IMG/VR virus record: IMGVR_UViG_3300033120_000864
Location: 65,808-129,807 of that record
Length of the DNA: 64,000 bases
Strand: one strand, 5' to 3'
From: a virus
Lineage: Duplodnaviria; Caudoviricetes
Shown here piece after piece: positions 1-14,200 of the stretch. The stretch's first letter is position 1, and the number at the start of each line of letters is the position of its first letter. Below the pieces are notes generated by a model that saw only the letters and a list, made by a program, of their open reading frames with translations, made no database searches and had not been told where the DNA came from. Both the position numbers and the translations under genes were made by a program.

Positions 1-3000
1 TAAAACTGAAATCAACTCCAGAGAAAGCATACATATTGATAAACTTAGCTAAGAAGAATCTTTTTAAAAAGCTTATAAGCCCCCATGAAGAGTATTGATC
101 CATAAAAGTTTTATCTAATACAGAATATCCACCCTGAGCATCTCTCACAGATTTTTGTATATCATTCTTTAGTTCAAAAAACTTCTTACCTGTAAATAAA
201 TTCCAATCCTCATCTATACCTTTCTTAAGTCTCACTATTCCATCAGGACCAAGTTCATAAGCATCAGCTAAGGAAATAGTTTCTCCATTATAATCTACTT
301 TAGTAGTGTACATATAAGCAGCATATATTCTTCCTTGAATATAATCCTCAGTCTTAGCTCTATTGCCTGTAATAATATCTAATGACATAGCATATCTAGC
401 TTTAGACTTTCCATTAGTTAATGTTTCATCTAATTGCTTTTCAGAAACAGGTTCAAATGCTTCAAATAACTGTGTGTCAGCAGAGAATTTACCTAAGTCT
501 TCATTAAAAAAATCAGTAAATCTATTACCCATAATTCTTGTATGTAGAGCTAAAGATTTAGCATAATCAGCTCTTGAATACTTATTGTGTCCTGCATTAA
601 TAATATTAGATGTAATACCATCTATTAAGTTAGTGAAGATAGAACTAAAGTTAGATCCTAACGCTTGAATAGCACCTGCAGATTTAATTCCAGATACAAT
701 CTTATCACCTTTCTCACCTAATTCAAAAGCTTTACCAGCTCCAAAAACATCTCTATTTACAAAGAAGTCTAACGAACTAACTCTGGCATTTGTATTAGTC
801 TTAAAAAAGAATATCTTAGAATCCTTAATAGGAAATCTTTCAAACACTCCTTTAAGAGCTTTAGCATATATAAGTGATTCTTTTAATACTTCGCTTTCTT
901 TTAAAGAACCTCCATAGTGTAAAATAGAAGATCTAATATCTCTTGATACTTGATCTATTTCTAAATCTTCAAGATACTTAACAGGAATTGTAGTCCTTTG
1001 TTTTGTTTCTTGAGTATCAAAGAATTCAGCATCCTCATCATATACATCTTCCACTTCAGCATCAGGATTACCTGTACCTGAAGAGAAATCTGTTAAAGAT
1101 TCCCATTTAGATTTAACTCTACCTGGTAAATCTTTCACTGCTTGTATAGGAGATTTAACCCCTCTTAAATTTCTCTCATAAGAACCTCTTCTTTTTCTAG
1201 GAACATCCATCCATAGCTTATTATTATATGAATGAGAAAGTTCTTGATTTTCAAGATGATATTTTTTAGCAATTTCCAAAATATTGAATAAAGCTTTATC
1301 TTTATCATTAGTACTTTTAGCAAGTCTAAAATAATCATTATTTATATATTTCTTGTCAGGTACATCAACCTTAGGTAAAAAGTTCCCTTTATTATCTGTA
1401 GTTATACCAACAATCTCAGGAGTCTTATACTCATCTTTAATTGTTCTATAAGTATAATCTCTAGAAGGTTCCGTTCTTACATAAGCAGGATTAGATGGAA
1501 GTACTCTACTCCAAAAGTAAAGTCTTTGCCATTTTTCTACTTTACCTTTAATTTCTGGATCAAATACTTCAGTTTTTATATGATTCTTTTTAAACCATTT
1601 AGCAAAGGTTTCATCTTCTTGTAAAAGAATTTCTAACACTGGAGAATCCAATATATCTACACCTGCTAATTTACCTTCTTCATCTAATTTAAGTGGAGAA
1701 GCATTATTAAAAGCTTGTACATAATAAGATGTAGGAATTCTTGAGCTAAGATTTTTAAGCTGCTCAAATAATTGAATTATATCATCTTTCATAGATTGAC
1801 TAACTCCTAAATCTTTACTTTTATCTCTAAGAGCTTGGAATTCATTCCATTCTTCAGTAGAAAGTCCTTTTGCCTTTTGATCAAACAGTTCTTTGAATCT
1901 CACACTTTCTTCTTCAGAAAGACCTGAGAACATTTGAAATCTATGTTTAACTTCTTCTATCTTTTCTTGAACCTCTTTTACTTTCTGAGCTTTATTTTCA
2001 GAGATTTCTATACCAATAGGTTGTCCATCATCATCTCTAAATCCATAGATTTGACCAATAAGTTCCTTATATAAATCAGCAAGTTTAGAAGCTCTAAGTT
2101 CTGATTGAGGAATATTTTCTAGTAAAGAGTTAAGTTTATTTATTAACACTTCTCTTTCTTTGTAATATGCATCATCAATAACAGTACGAGTATTATCTTT
2201 AAGCCATTCTTCTACCTTCTGATTATATTGTTCAGAGTCTTCACCATAAGCTAAAGCCATTTTTCTAGAGTAATCTTCTTTATCTCTTTCAAAAGCTTTA
2301 TTATTAGTATGATAATCCCAGAAATTTCTACTTTCTGCAGATATCTCTTGAGCTCTTTGAGCAACTCTTAAAGCCATATCTGTTTTTTGATCACCATCTA
2401 ATGTGAACATATTAGAAAGTTGAGAGATTTGATCTTGTAATTCTTTTACAACAGCTTTATCTTCTTCTCCTAATATACCCATCTTAATAGCAGACTGATA
2501 TGAGTTAAGCTTTTCGTAAAGCTCTTCTCTTCTTTCTTTAAGTTGAATACCAACTTCATCATTATATAACTTATCAAATACCTGATAGTAAGCATCAGTG
2601 TATTTTCTAATCATATATTTTGATTCCCATTTAGCATAATCCAAATACTTTTGAGATTTTAACTTCTCTATATTATATGGAGCTGTAAGTTTATCCCATT
2701 TAGCTATATTTGTTTCTTTATCAATATTATCATTAATTAAAGTTTCTAATGCCTCAACTTTGTCTTTAAGTTCTTCAGACATAGCATCTTTATCTATAGT
2801 GATTCCTTGCTCTTGTTTTAATTTGAGAGCTTGAATATCTCTTAAGAATAAATCTCTATCATACTGATAACCTTTGAAAGGATTTAAAAATGTGAGAACA
2901 TCCATCTTCTCTCCATTTTTACCAAGTCTAACATCAGCAAAAGTTAATTGACCCCAAAGCCTTTCAGGATCAGCTACTCCATATCCAAGTTTTTTGATAT

Positions 3001-5275
3001 GTGGAGCAAGCTCTCTATCCATCTTAGTTCTTTGTTCAAAAATATACTTCTTTACTTGTTGTTTTAAAGAGTTGACATAATTTTGAAATGCTGCAATAGG
3101 ACCATAAGTAGAATCTCTATAAGAATCAAAGAACATTGAAGCTCTATTTAAATCCCCATATTTTCCTCTTAACCAGTCTGCAACAACTTTTTCATCATTA
3201 AAATCATATTTCTTAGCTTGAGCTTTAAGTTCTTTTACTTCCTTCTCAAGCATACTAGCTTTAGCTACATCACCTAGCATTCTAGCTTTTTCTACAGCTT
3301 TACTTTGCTTTGTAATTAAATCTTCATAGTATTTTTTAGTTCTTCTATCAGCAGTATTTAGATTATCTTTTACAAACTTAACAACACCTCTAAAATCATT
3401 TTTAGCCACATAATCTTGAGCCTTATCTATTAAATCAAGAGTATCTACTATATCAGAATACATCTGATGTGGTGAATCATTACCCATATCTCTAACAGTC
3501 TGTAAAGTCTTTTTATAAGAGTTTAATAGTTTATTATAGTTTAATAGAGTACCCATATTTTCCTGAGCATGTTCTTGATCTTTTACAATCTCTTTCATTC
3601 TCGTATATGTAATCTCAGTGAGCTTTCTAGTAGTAGCAACAGCTTCTGCTAATGTTCTAAGTTTTTCTTCAAAAGAAGTTTTACCTAAACTTTTATCAGC
3701 AAGTTGAAGTCTTCTAGCAAGTTCTGTATATGTATTATTCTCAGTTACTTCATCTGTATATAAAGCTCTTTGTTCTTTGAATTGTTTATTTTTTTTAATA
3801 TCAAAAACATTTTCATCAAACTTCTTATTAAACCAAGCAATATTTTTTGTTACTTGTTCTGGCTTTAGAGAGTCTTTTATAGCTTCTATGTAGGTAGGTA
3901 TACTTTTCATTATTTCTTCCTTATCTTCAGCTTCTAAGGCTGAAAACACGTAGTCTAATCCTCCACCATACTCCATCTCTTTAATATCAGAAGCTTCTTC
4001 ATAAGATTGTTCTACAACATCTAAAGCCTTCTCAAATGTTTCATCAAATAAACTTCTTTCCTCAAATGTAAGACCAAGATATTTAGTAAGAGCATCACAT
4101 AGAGTTTTCTTTATTTCATCCCATTTATTACTAGCCCAATTTTGAGTAGATTTTTTACCTCTCAAAAACTTCTGAAAAGAAACATCTGTTAATACTCCTG
4201 TAAGGAATTCTTCAGCATTAGTAAAATAGTAATTCTTTCTTTCTTCATCAGTAAGAGAAGCTTTAGTCTCTTCAAATAATTTCCTAAAGGCTTTAGCTGC
4301 TCCAACATTAGATTTTAATGTTTCAACAGTTAATGCGTGTAATATTTCATGAAGAAGAATAGATTGAAATAAGTTATTAGGAACATCTTTCATTATTACT
4401 TCATTAGTAATAGGACTATAAAAACCAGCCGTATTACCAGCATGATTAGTATCATACATTTTAAGTTTATTATCAATGATATACTGAGCCATATCAGCTT
4501 CAGATAATAGTTTAACTTTTACATCATTATGTAAATATTGTAACAGAAGATTAGACATCTTCTTTATATATTTACTTTTAGCAAAGTCAGATAGTCTTAT
4601 AAGAGCTTCAGTAGAAGAAATTTCAGTTTCTCCTTTAAAAAGATTTTCTTTTAACTTATCATAAGCATCTTGTGATTTATCTATAACAACTTCTTCAGGA
4701 GCAGAATAAGTTTGTTTATCTTCTATTGTCCAAGTATTTAAATTAGACTCTCCTACTTGAGACCAATTAACAAAATAGCTTGTACTATTTCTTTTATTAT
4801 ATTTAGCAATCTTAGATTGAATATAAGGAATATTTGATACATCTATTTCTTTTTTATTAAGTCCCACTTCTTTTGTAAAACCTGAAGTAGTAGACACAGT
4901 TGGTTTACCAATAGATTCCTTTACAGAAGTCTTATTAGCATTAAACAGTTCTCTTACATACTTAAGTGTAGGTTCACCATTAACATCACTATTAGGAAGA
5001 GAGAAGTTAGTTTCCCAGTCTCCAAAAACACTTTTGAATTTAGGACTTCTAACTCTCTCATATATACCAAAAGCAATCTCTCTTAAACCAAGATTTCTTA
5101 GTTTACCAAGTTCAAACCACTTTTTATAAGCATCTTGAAGTTTAAAAAACTCTGTATTAGGAAGAGAAGCTAAGTAATCAACTAAACTATCATATAGTTT
5201 CGATCTTTCTCCATTAGGAGCTTCAATGTAGTCTATTTCCTTAGTTTCTTTATCTCTGTTTACTTTACAAGCCAT
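1..5275 (-). CDS. Giant virion/cargo protein with zincin-like metallopeptidase motif, 3'-truncated by window edge (>1750 aa)
   Basis: Absent from the ORF track, presumably because no stop falls inside the window. ATG at 5275 (MACKVNRDKETKEIDYIEAPNGERSKLY...) sits just after the RNAP stop. The same frame reads ILLHEILHALT (HExxH at 4351-4337), then YFTNAEEF, and is still open at nt 2-37. Frame spot-checked, not read codon by codon. Confidence 0.8.
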   Translation of the reverse strand, partial: MACKVNRDKETKEIDYIEAPNGERSKLYDSLVDYLASLPNTEFFKLQDAYKKWFELGKLRNLGLREIAFGIYERVRSPKFKSVFGDWETNFSLPNSDVNGEPTLKYVRELFNANKTSVKESIGKPTVSTTSGFTKEVGLNKKEIDVSNIPYIQSKIAKYNKRNSTSYFVNWSQVGESNLNTWTIEDKQTYSAPEEVVIDKSQDAYDKLKENLFKGETEISSTEALIRLSDFAKSKYIKKMSNLLLQYLHNDVKVKLLSEADMAQYIIDNKLKMYDTNHAGNTAGFYSPITNEVIMKDVPNNLFQSILLHEILHALTVETLKSNVGAAKAFRKLFEETKASLTDEERKNYYFTNAEEFLTGVLTDVSFQKFLRGKKSTQNWASNKWDEIKKTLCDALTKYLGLTFEERSLFDETFEKALDVVEQSYEEASDIKEMEYGGGLDYVFSALEAEDKEEIMKSIPTYIEAIKDSLKPEQVTKNIAWFNKKFDENVFDIKKNKQFKEQRALYTDEVTENNTYTELARRLQLADKSLGKTSFEEKLRTLAEAVATTRKLTEITYTRMKEIVKDQEHAQENMGTLLNYNKLLNSYKKTLQTVRDMGNDSPHQMYSDIVDTLDLIDKAQDYVAKNDFRGVVKFVKDNLNTADRRTKKYYEDLITKQSKAVEKARMLGDVAKASMLEKEVKELKAQAKKYDFNDEKVVADWLRGKYGDLNRASMFFDSYRDSTYGPIAAFQNYVNSLKQQVKKYIFEQRTKMDRELAPHIKKLGYGVADPERLWGQLTFADVRLGKNGEKMDVLTFLNPFKGYQYDRDLFLRDIQALKLKQEQGITIDKDAMSEELKDKVEALETLINDNIDKETNIAKWDKLTAPYNIEKLKSQKYLDYAKWESKYMIRKYTDAYYQVFDKLYNDEVGIQLKERREELYEKLNSYQSAIKMGILGEEDKAVVKELQDQISQLSNMFTLDGDQKTDMALRVAQRAQEISAESRNFWDYHTNNKAFERDKEDYSRKMALAYGEDSEQYNQKVEEWLKDNTRTVIDDAYYKEREVLINKLNSLLENIPQSELRASKLADLYKELIGQIYGFRDDDGQPIGIEISENKAQKVKEVQEKIEEVKHRFQMFSGLSEEESVRFKELFDQKAKGLSTEEWNEFQALRDKSKDLGVSQSMKDDIIQLFEQLKNLSSRIPTSYYVQAFNNASPLKLDEEGKLAGVDILDSPVLEILLQEDETFAKWFKKNHIKTEVFDPEIKGKVEKWQRLYFWSRVLPSNPAYVRTEPSRDYTYRTIKDEYKTPEIVGITTDNKGNFLPKVDVPDKKYINNDYFRLAKSTNDKDKALFNILEIAKKYHLENQELSHSYNNKLWMDVPRKRRGSYERNLRGVKSPIQAVKDLPGRVKSKWESLTDFSSGTGNPDAEVEDVYDEDAEFFDTQETKQRTTIPVKYLEDLEIDQVSRDIRSSILHYGGSLKESEVLKESLIYAKALKGVFERFPIKDSKIFFFKTNTNARVSSLDFFVNRDVFGAGKAFELGEKGDKIVSGIKSAGAIQALGSNFSSIFTNLIDGITSNIINAGHNKYSRADYAKSLALHTRIMGNRFTDFFNEDLGKFSADTQLFEAFEPVSEKQLDETLTNGKSKARYAMSLDIITGNRAKTEDYIQGRIYAAYMYTTKVDYNGETISLADAYELGPDGIVRLKKGIDEDWNLFTGKKFFELKNDIQKSVRDAQGGYSVLDKTFMDQYSSWGLISFLKRFFLAKFINMYAFSGVDFSF

Positions 5276-5277
5276 TG

Positions 5278-8200
5278 TTATATTTTTTTAGCACAATCAT
5301 CAATTTCATTCTCTGGTAGTTCATCATCTGTAGGAGCTTCAGAGAAATCTGTTACTTCTGTTTCAAGAGACTCTCCAACACTTAATGGAATAACATCCTC
5401 ATCTAATGGTGGTTCTTTTTCATCCTCTATTGTAGATTCAATATCATCAACATTAATTCTAGAAGGTTTAATTTCTATATTTTTAGCTTCTTCTTCTAAT
5501 ATTGGATTATTTAATATCTGTAAAGGAGTTTTAAGTCTATATGCTTCATCTTGATAAGAATGAGTTTTATTTGTTAAATACCCATTTTCTTTTAATACTT
5601 TAGGTTGAATAACTTGAGCATTATTTTTCATGAAATATTTAGTATAAAACAATTTAAGCATTTCAGGACTCTCTACAATCTGTTTTAATAAAGGTAATAC
5701 TTTTTCTATATCTGTAGATATACTTTCTGTTGGAAGTATATGTGTAAAGGATATAGGAGACTTCTGCAGTCCAGACTGAACAAAAGCAAATCTAATTAAG
5801 TCTTTAAAGAAATCTCTAACCTTGGGATTAGAATGTTCAACACCTTTCTTAAAATCTTCAATAGCAGTATTGATATCTTTAGTTTCTTTTAAGTCTGTCT
5901 TAGTTTTAATATTTACTAATTCAGGTCTTTTTATTCCTTTATCTCCAACAAACTCTTTGAGCAGAGGCACTTCGTTAACAAGTGATGGTATCTCTTTTTT
6001 GAGATCTTCCAGTCTTTGCACCATCTGTCCCTCGAAGAAAGGTACCACTTCCTTATAGTTAGTAGTAAGAGTATTGTAAGCATAACCTATTAAGTCGTTT
6101 TTAAACCTGTTCTCAAATTTCTCTTTGTTTCCAAAAGATGCATCTCCTATTACTGATAATAAGAAATTATTAACTTCTGGAAGCTCAACAACCTTAAACA
6201 TCTTAGGGAAGTTATCTATGATAAATTTGTTCATATCTAACATAGATATAACAGAGTTATTCTTAATAGCTTCAACACCTTCTTTATTAAACATATTTGA
6301 ACTCAACACTTGATTATAAAGAGCCTCTTTCTCAAAAGACGAGAAGATACTCTTAATTTTAGTAGTATCAAAATCTAGTGATGAAGTAAGTTCTCTAAGT
6401 CTTCTACCTTGTGCTTCTAATTCTAAATAATGAGTTAGGATAGCTCTTTGCTCATTTGCAAAGGTAGTGTTTATTTTTGAATTATCCAAATAATTTATAT
6501 TTTTTAACAGATTTTTTTCTGTATAAATTTTCTCATGATTATCCTTATTATATTTATCAAAGTCTCTTACATTGGACTCATATTTATAAGCAAGTATATT
6601 CACCATCTTTTCTTCAGTAAGACCATCATAGTATGAATCTAAAGCTTTTCCAGTTTGGAAATTCTTCATCTTCTTAAGTTCAAGGTAATCTTTTACTATT
6701 GGTTGATTAACAAGATATACTGCTTGTTTAATAGGAACTCCTAAGTGAGTAAGATAAAGAAGAGTTGGTGTAGCCTCAAAGGTAGCACCAAGATCAAATA
6801 CCCATGGATCTTTTGCAACATCCACAAATCCATTTATAAACTGAGAAATGATTTCAGATATTTTATATTCACCATTCTTATCATATTCTCCTGCTAAAGA
6901 TGGATGTCCTTCAAACTCATTATGATCTAAATAAACGTTCACAGGAACATCACCATCATATACATTATTAAGATAGATGTTATGTTGTTTAAAGAGCTGA
7001 TTAAAGGTATTATTCTTTGCAGCTATACCTAATGACTTCTTACCAACAAGATTAGCCTCAAATTGATTCATTTGAGTATTATAATCATAAACTGTACTAT
7101 AGTTTACCTTATCCTTTGAACCAAGCATTTTTTTTATGTCATCTGCTAATGGTTTAAGAACTGATGTACTATTAGGAGTAAATAAAGGTTCATACATTTC
7201 TGGCTGAGACATAGACTCACTTAATAAACTAATCATTTTATTCTGTAAGAAACTTTTAGTATTAAGTTTAGGGAACTCTGTTATCATTTCATCAATGATA
7301 GGAATAAAGTCCTTAAGCTCATTATACTGAGTTCTCTTATTGCCTTTGTCTTGTAGTTGAGAAAGTTCTTCATAGTTTTGAAATACTAAATCTTTAATTT
7401 GTTTAGTTCTTGTTTCAATATCTAAATCTTCCTCAAAAATTTCTTTAATACCTTGTATTAAGAATTTAGGAACATGATATTTATTAAGTACTTCGTTTAT
7501 TTTATTTAATACTTCTGCTCCACCTATTTGAGGAAGAGTTCCATTATCGCTAATATTAGGAACATACATACTCACTTTATCAATATCAAAGTCAGATCCT
7601 GCAATAGCTGTAATTTCACTTGGAAGTACAATTATAGAACCTGTTTCTTCTGGAAGAAATTCTTCTACAATAAGATTAAGCATAGAGTTAGCACCTTGGA
7701 CAGGAATTCTCACTCCCACCATAGATAATTCTTGCTCATGATCTTTCATAAAGTCTTCGTCTTTTAAAAGTCTATTCAGTTTTTCTATAGTTCCTATAAC
7801 ACCTGCTTCATATGGATGCTTAAGATTTAATAAATTCTTAAACTTAGATATAGAAACTTTAGCTTCCATTTTAGAAACATACTGAGTTCCATCTTCTCTA
7901 GTTTTAAGCTCAGGAAGTTTCAGATTAGAATCTGATCTCCAACCTGTAAAAGCAGTTTGAATATAATTATCACCATTAAGTTTTCCCTTAATTATTCTAT
8001 TGCTAACAATAGCTAATATAATAGAAGACATTTTTTGTCTAGACAAGGAAGAGTCTAATGAAAAAGCTAAGTTTCCATTTTCATCTGTCTTTAAAAAATC
8101 TATAATATTATCAGGAAGATCTCTAGATTTAAACTCTTTCTTTAATATATCAGAAAGTTTTTTGAAATCTATTTTTCCTTTCTTAATACCTAAATCATTT

Positions 8201-11200
8201 TTAACCCTTGTAAGCTCTCTATTGATAAGAGTTTGTCTTGTCTCATTATATTCTTTAGCTATCTGATCTATTCTTTTAGATTTAGATTTACCATAGTTAA
8301 ATAAGTCTACATTAAACAGCTTGTTAAACTGAGTTGCAAATATAATATTAGGCTTAATCTTAGGTTCAAGATATACTTGTTCTTTTAGATATCCCCAATA
8401 CTTATCATTTGTTAATGGATTTTCAGAATATAAATCATTGAACTTTCCATCTTTAGTTAATGCAGCTTTCTTAGAACCTGATTCAAAGACACCATAACCA
8501 ATATTGTTTCTAATCATATTGTTACTTATCTTCTCAAGACCTTTACCTTTAATAGCAGATGGCATCATAGGTACTAATGCAAATTTATCAAATGCATCAA
8601 TTCTAAGATATTCTCCTAATACTTGTGGAGTGTTAGCAATAGTACCAGAGTACTGTGCCTTAATAGGTACAAAGTAATACATTTCCTTTTCATCAAGAGG
8701 AAGACCTTGTGCAGCTTTAATATAAGCAGACTCAGCTAAATCATTCCATTGTCCTATAGCCACTTTAAAGTTTCTATAAAAATCAAGTGTACAAAGACCA
8801 AGAGCATCTGTTTCATTAACTTCTTTAAATGCTTTTAGTACAGTGAATATAGATATACCTTTAGCACCATGTTCCTCTGTAAGAAGTTTTTCTGCTTCTT
8901 TTAAAGGCATGTCTATAAGTTCTTTAGTTGAAATATCTACCCCTAAACTTTTAATTGTATCAGAGAGATATTGTTCTAAATATTGACTTTTAATTTCATT
9001 ATCATTGAAAACACTTGTTCTAAATGATGGACCAATAGAAGACTTCTTTCCTGTAAGAAGAAACTCTTGCATTCTTCCTGTGGCATTTAAGAAACCTAAT
9101 ACAGCTTTATTCATTATACTAAAATCACCTGTTGCAGAATCTGCACTAAGTCTTTTGTGAAAGTCATCAGCTGCTTTAAATTGAACAACATCACCATTAA
9201 TTAGTTGACCTTGTTCATAGTTATATATATAAGCACTCACTATAAAAGCATTTAGAGCCTCTTCATAAGTGAGTCCTTTCTTATCTATAAGACCTAATTG
9301 ATCTTTTAAAAAGTTACCATTATCTGTTTTAGCTTTTCTAAGTCTTTTCTTAAGTTCACTTACTGAATTACTAAAGAAAGCTTGTAATGGTTTTTGTAGA
9401 TTAATTTTATTTGTAATTTTACTAATAGCCTCATCAAGAGCATTTTCATCTCCAATATTAGCTAAAGTTTCTATTTCTTTTCTTAAGAAATCTTTAGTCT
9501 CTTGACCAAGTATTTCTTCAAATATTCTAAAACTACTTCCATTCTTTGAATACTTAGCTACACCATATCCAGACTTAGCATTATTAGTTGTAATTCTATT
9601 ATGCTTAACAATCTCTGCTATAGTTCCTTTAAGATAGTCTTCAAATATATTTACAGCTTGCTTAGGCATATTATTACCTTTGAATTCAGCAAGATTAACT
9701 GGATATTTATTTTTAGTTGTAAAGTATGTAAGTTCAGTTCCAAAAGAGCTTCCTTTATCTGCATATCTCATATGCTCTATAATATTATTATAAAGGAATG
9801 AGTTAATATCAAATAAGATTTTATCAAGACTGAATAAGTCTGTAGTTTTAGCTCCTGTTATACCTTTCTCAGTATCAGTTTTAAATCCACCAATATTTTT
9901 GAGATCTATAACACTATTTCTTCTTTTTCCATATTCAGTACCAGATATAAGATTACCTCTTTCATCTCTGATTTTAAATAGTGAATTAAGCCAAGTTGTA
10001 TATCTCATAGAAGGATTCTTCTGTGGATCTAAGTGTTCCCATTCAGGATCAGAAACCAAGTCTTGAAGAGTTGGATACTTCTCTCTATTATTTAATGCAG
10101 CATAAGTTAATGAAGTTTTACTAAACTGTTGAATCTGATAAACATTATCTCCATTAGGATTTATTGCTAAATCTTCTTCATACTCATTAGTAGCATTAAT
10201 TTCTGCTTTAAGCACTGCATCTATACTAGAAGCTTCACCAGCAAAATTAAAGTGTTTCTTTAAATCTCTAGTACCTCTAATATCTTGTATAGGATTTTTA
10301 ATATCATAATCTTCTTTGCCAAGTTTATTAACTACAGCATCAAAAATTAGATTAAATATATCTTTACTATTATCTTCCATTAAAGCTTTAAACTGATCAC
10401 TTTCTATTGTAAGAGGATTAAGCTCTACACCAATAGCTTTTAAGAAATCAATTCTTTTATTCTTAGGAAGTTTAAGTACTCCATCTTTATCAACCTTACC
10501 AAAATCTTTTCCAATCTTAGTAGTATTCAATACATTTTGTCCTTCAGCATTTTTAACAACATAAGGATTCTCATCATTAGTTGCAAAACTAGCTTGAAGT
10601 TTTTTACTAAGCTTATTAATAGCTTTAGTGCTAGACTTAGTATTATAAAATACAGGACTAGGTGTAGGGTTTTCCTTAGTAGCTCTTGGAATAGTCATAA
10701 CTCCTTCATACATCTCAATTAAAGGTTTTTCAAAAGCCTTCATGAAAGATTGTAGTAAAGTAATTTGTCTTACGTCATTAGCAGGATTATCTAAAACTGG
10801 AAGTCTACTCAAAAGTTGTAAGTATTCAGGATATTTCTCTCCAAGTTGTTTTATTCTTCCATACATTTGTTCAGGATCTGTAATACCCTTAACTTCTGTT
10901 GCAAGTCTATACCAAGTAGTTTGAAGAGGAAGTAATTTAGGAAATCCATACTCATCTGTCTCTCCTCTACTTAAAGTGGAAAGAAGATAGATTATTTCAT
11001 TAGAAGCTTGCTTAATAGCACTCTTCTTATTTTGTTCTTTAAACTCTACAATATTATCTCTTGTTTCTACATGATCATCATCTGAAAGAATCTCATCTGT
11101 AGTTACAGGAAGCCCTTCTTCATCTTGTGAAGACTTTTCTTCTTCTGCTTTAATATCACTAAATAAAGAAGAGTTTTGTATATATATCTGATCAAAACCA

Positions 11201-14200
11201 ACTTTAGTTCCTTCTGTTATAAAGTTATCAGCTAAGAATTGAAGTTTCTGTTTAGCATCATCTGATAATGTACCAGAAGCTATCTTAATATTAATATCTT
11301 TAAGTGTAGCATCATAAAGAGATTTAAAGTTTTTAGTTTTATTTTCTTTGATACCAGTAAATAATATATGAGACTTCTTCAATCTATCAAGTCTATTAAT
11401 AATAGAAGAGTCTATTAGGTTAACAAAATCATTAATTGTTCTACTACCAATAGTAACACCATTAGCAGTGAATGATTTATTAAGTTTACCAAATAAAGCA
11501 TTATTTAAATTAGGAGAAAAATTATTTATATTTCCTTTATAAAGCTTATCATAGTAAGTTTGTATATTTGGAAGAAGTCCATTAAGAGTTTTAATAAACT
11601 GCCAAGCTTTTTCAAAGATGGTTTGTTTTGATAAATCTTTACCAAATAACATCTTTCCATCTGAATCAGCATAGTCTTCCCATGACTCAGCTATAGCTTC
11701 TTCAGCCTCTTTATCAGTTAAGTCTTTATAAGCTTTATTAGTAAGTAAACCTGTAGACTCATCTACAATTTTTATAGAACCTGATTTTTTTCTAAGCTCG
11801 TTATATAAATTATTCTTTTGTCTCTTAGTCAAAAACAATTGACTAAATCCATGCCATGCTTCATGTAGTAATGTTCTAGGACTTGAGTTCTGATATAACG
11901 TAATAACATTATTAACAAATGTACCAGCAGCATTACTATTTATAATATTAGCAAAGTGATTAAGATCTATGAACTTACTCAATGGTGAATCTTTCCACCA
12001 GTCTTTAACTTCATTCCATTCTTTATTAGAAAACTTATTTTCTATCTTAGTACTTTTTAAAAGTTCTATTTCTTCATCTATAGTCTCTTGTGTAACTGTA
12101 GGTTTAGCAGGCATTTCTTCTGCAACATCTGAAGTACTAGGAATATAATCTGTAGCATTAAGTTGTATATAACTTCCTACAAATCCTCCCACCCCATTAG
12201 CTAAAAGTTCTTGAGAACCTTTAACATCATTTACATCAGAATATACATTAGAATTTTCTACAATAAATTCTTGATAAGAATCATATTTTACAAAACTAAG
12301 TTTACCATCACTATAAACTGGAACTTCAAATTGTCCTTCTTCTTGTGGAACTATGTTCAAAGTTTTTTGTTTAATAGCATGTGCAAGAGCTTCTTTAAAA
12401 GCATCTGTAGTATTTACTCCTATATTAAAATATAAAAAATCTTCAAGAGGTTTAACTCCTTCTATCTTAGTTACATCTGGATAGTTAGTAAAGAAAGAAT
12501 TATGAATAAGAAAATATTCACCAAATTTATTCTTACCAAAAGATATAGAATCTTTATCCATATATAAAAACTTATCAAGCATACTTCTTCTATCCTCAAA
12601 AGTTTCAAGTCCTCTTGAAGATACACTTCTAGTACCTATTTCTACTAAAGCATTTATAAAACCATGTATATCTACTTGGCCCATTTTAGGTCTAGATATA
12701 GGATATTGTAATCCATACTTTCCATCTACTAAATAAGACACACCTTCTACTTTACCAATTTGAGAAGTAGTAGTTACAACTAATTCTAAATTAGGAGTAG
12801 TAAGTCCTGCTGAAAAGAATTTACCTTTTAAGCTCTCAGTAAATGATTTTGTTGGTATAGGATCTTTAACAAATTTAGTAACCAATCCAAGATTAACTTT
12901 AGATATTGGTAATGGTTCTATAGGTGGATTAGATCTAATATCTTTTAATTGTTGAAGAGAAGCTTTATATTCTTCAAAGGCTTCTTCTTGTTCTTCTATT
13001 CCTTTTCTTTTAAATTCAGTTTCAGCTGTTTTAATAGAAGGAAGATTATATATAGCAGGAATTCCAGCAGGATTTTTATTTCCTTCTTCATCAAAGTTTA
13101 CTATATCATTATTAGCATTTACTAATACTAATTTTACCACTTGTGTTTCATCACCATATCCATTCTTTTTCCAATAGACATAGTCATTTGGAAGCTTATC
13201 TTTAACAGCTTCTAATCCACCAAGTCTCTCTACAAGTTGAGAAGGTCTTAAAACTAACACCTTAAACTCATCTTGAGTTTGATCATTGATTATATTTCTA
13301 ATAGCATTAGCTCCTGTTTTGAAGGCAGGATCTATAATATTAGTTCCTTGAATAAATAGATTTCTTACATTAAGTCCAATAGTTCTAAATACTGAAGCAG
13401 GTTGAGCTTTAAACTCAGCTTCTTCAATCTCACTAGGAACCTCTGGAAGTTCATTATTAAATCCTGTAGCAGCTAAGTAGTCTTTTATAGCCTTAGCTAA
13501 TGTAATATCCTTAGAAGCTCTATCTATTACTTCTTCATCACCTTGTGCCCATTTGTCAGAAAGATCTTTAATATCTTCTGGAGAAGCTACTTCTACTATT
13601 GGAAATAATTGGCTAGCATGTACTCTCTTACCATTAGCGAGTCTATAGTAGTCATCAGGATAAGATTCTACTATTTCAGTATTTTCTTTTCCATCATTAA
13701 CTGCTACACCTGCTGTAAGAGTAGTTCTAAATTGCTTTAAGTTTTCTTCTCTTTCTGCTTTATTAGGATCTTGTTGAAGTTGTTCTATTTGATCTTGAAA
13801 CTTATATAAATCTACAAGATGATCTTGTAATATTTTATATGGTTCACTATCTTTTTCTAAAGCTGATTGAGATTGTAATACAGCATCTATTGTTTCTTTT
13901 ACAGAAGTATTAGCTGCATCAAAATTCTTTTCTTCTATAAGAGCAGAAATATCAGATTTAACTTGTTCAATATTAGAAGCATCTTTAGCTGTTTTTTCTA
14001 GAACTATTTCATCTTTTCTTTGCTCAAGACTATCTTTATATGTTTGTATTTCTTCTTTAAACTTCTTAGATACATTTCCTGTTGGAAGACTAAGATGACT
14101 ATCAAGAGTTTTGATTAGCTCATCTATATGTGCTGTATCTTTTATCTCAGAAATATTCTTAGGAGATAATTCCTTCTCTAATGTAGATAGAGTATCTTTT

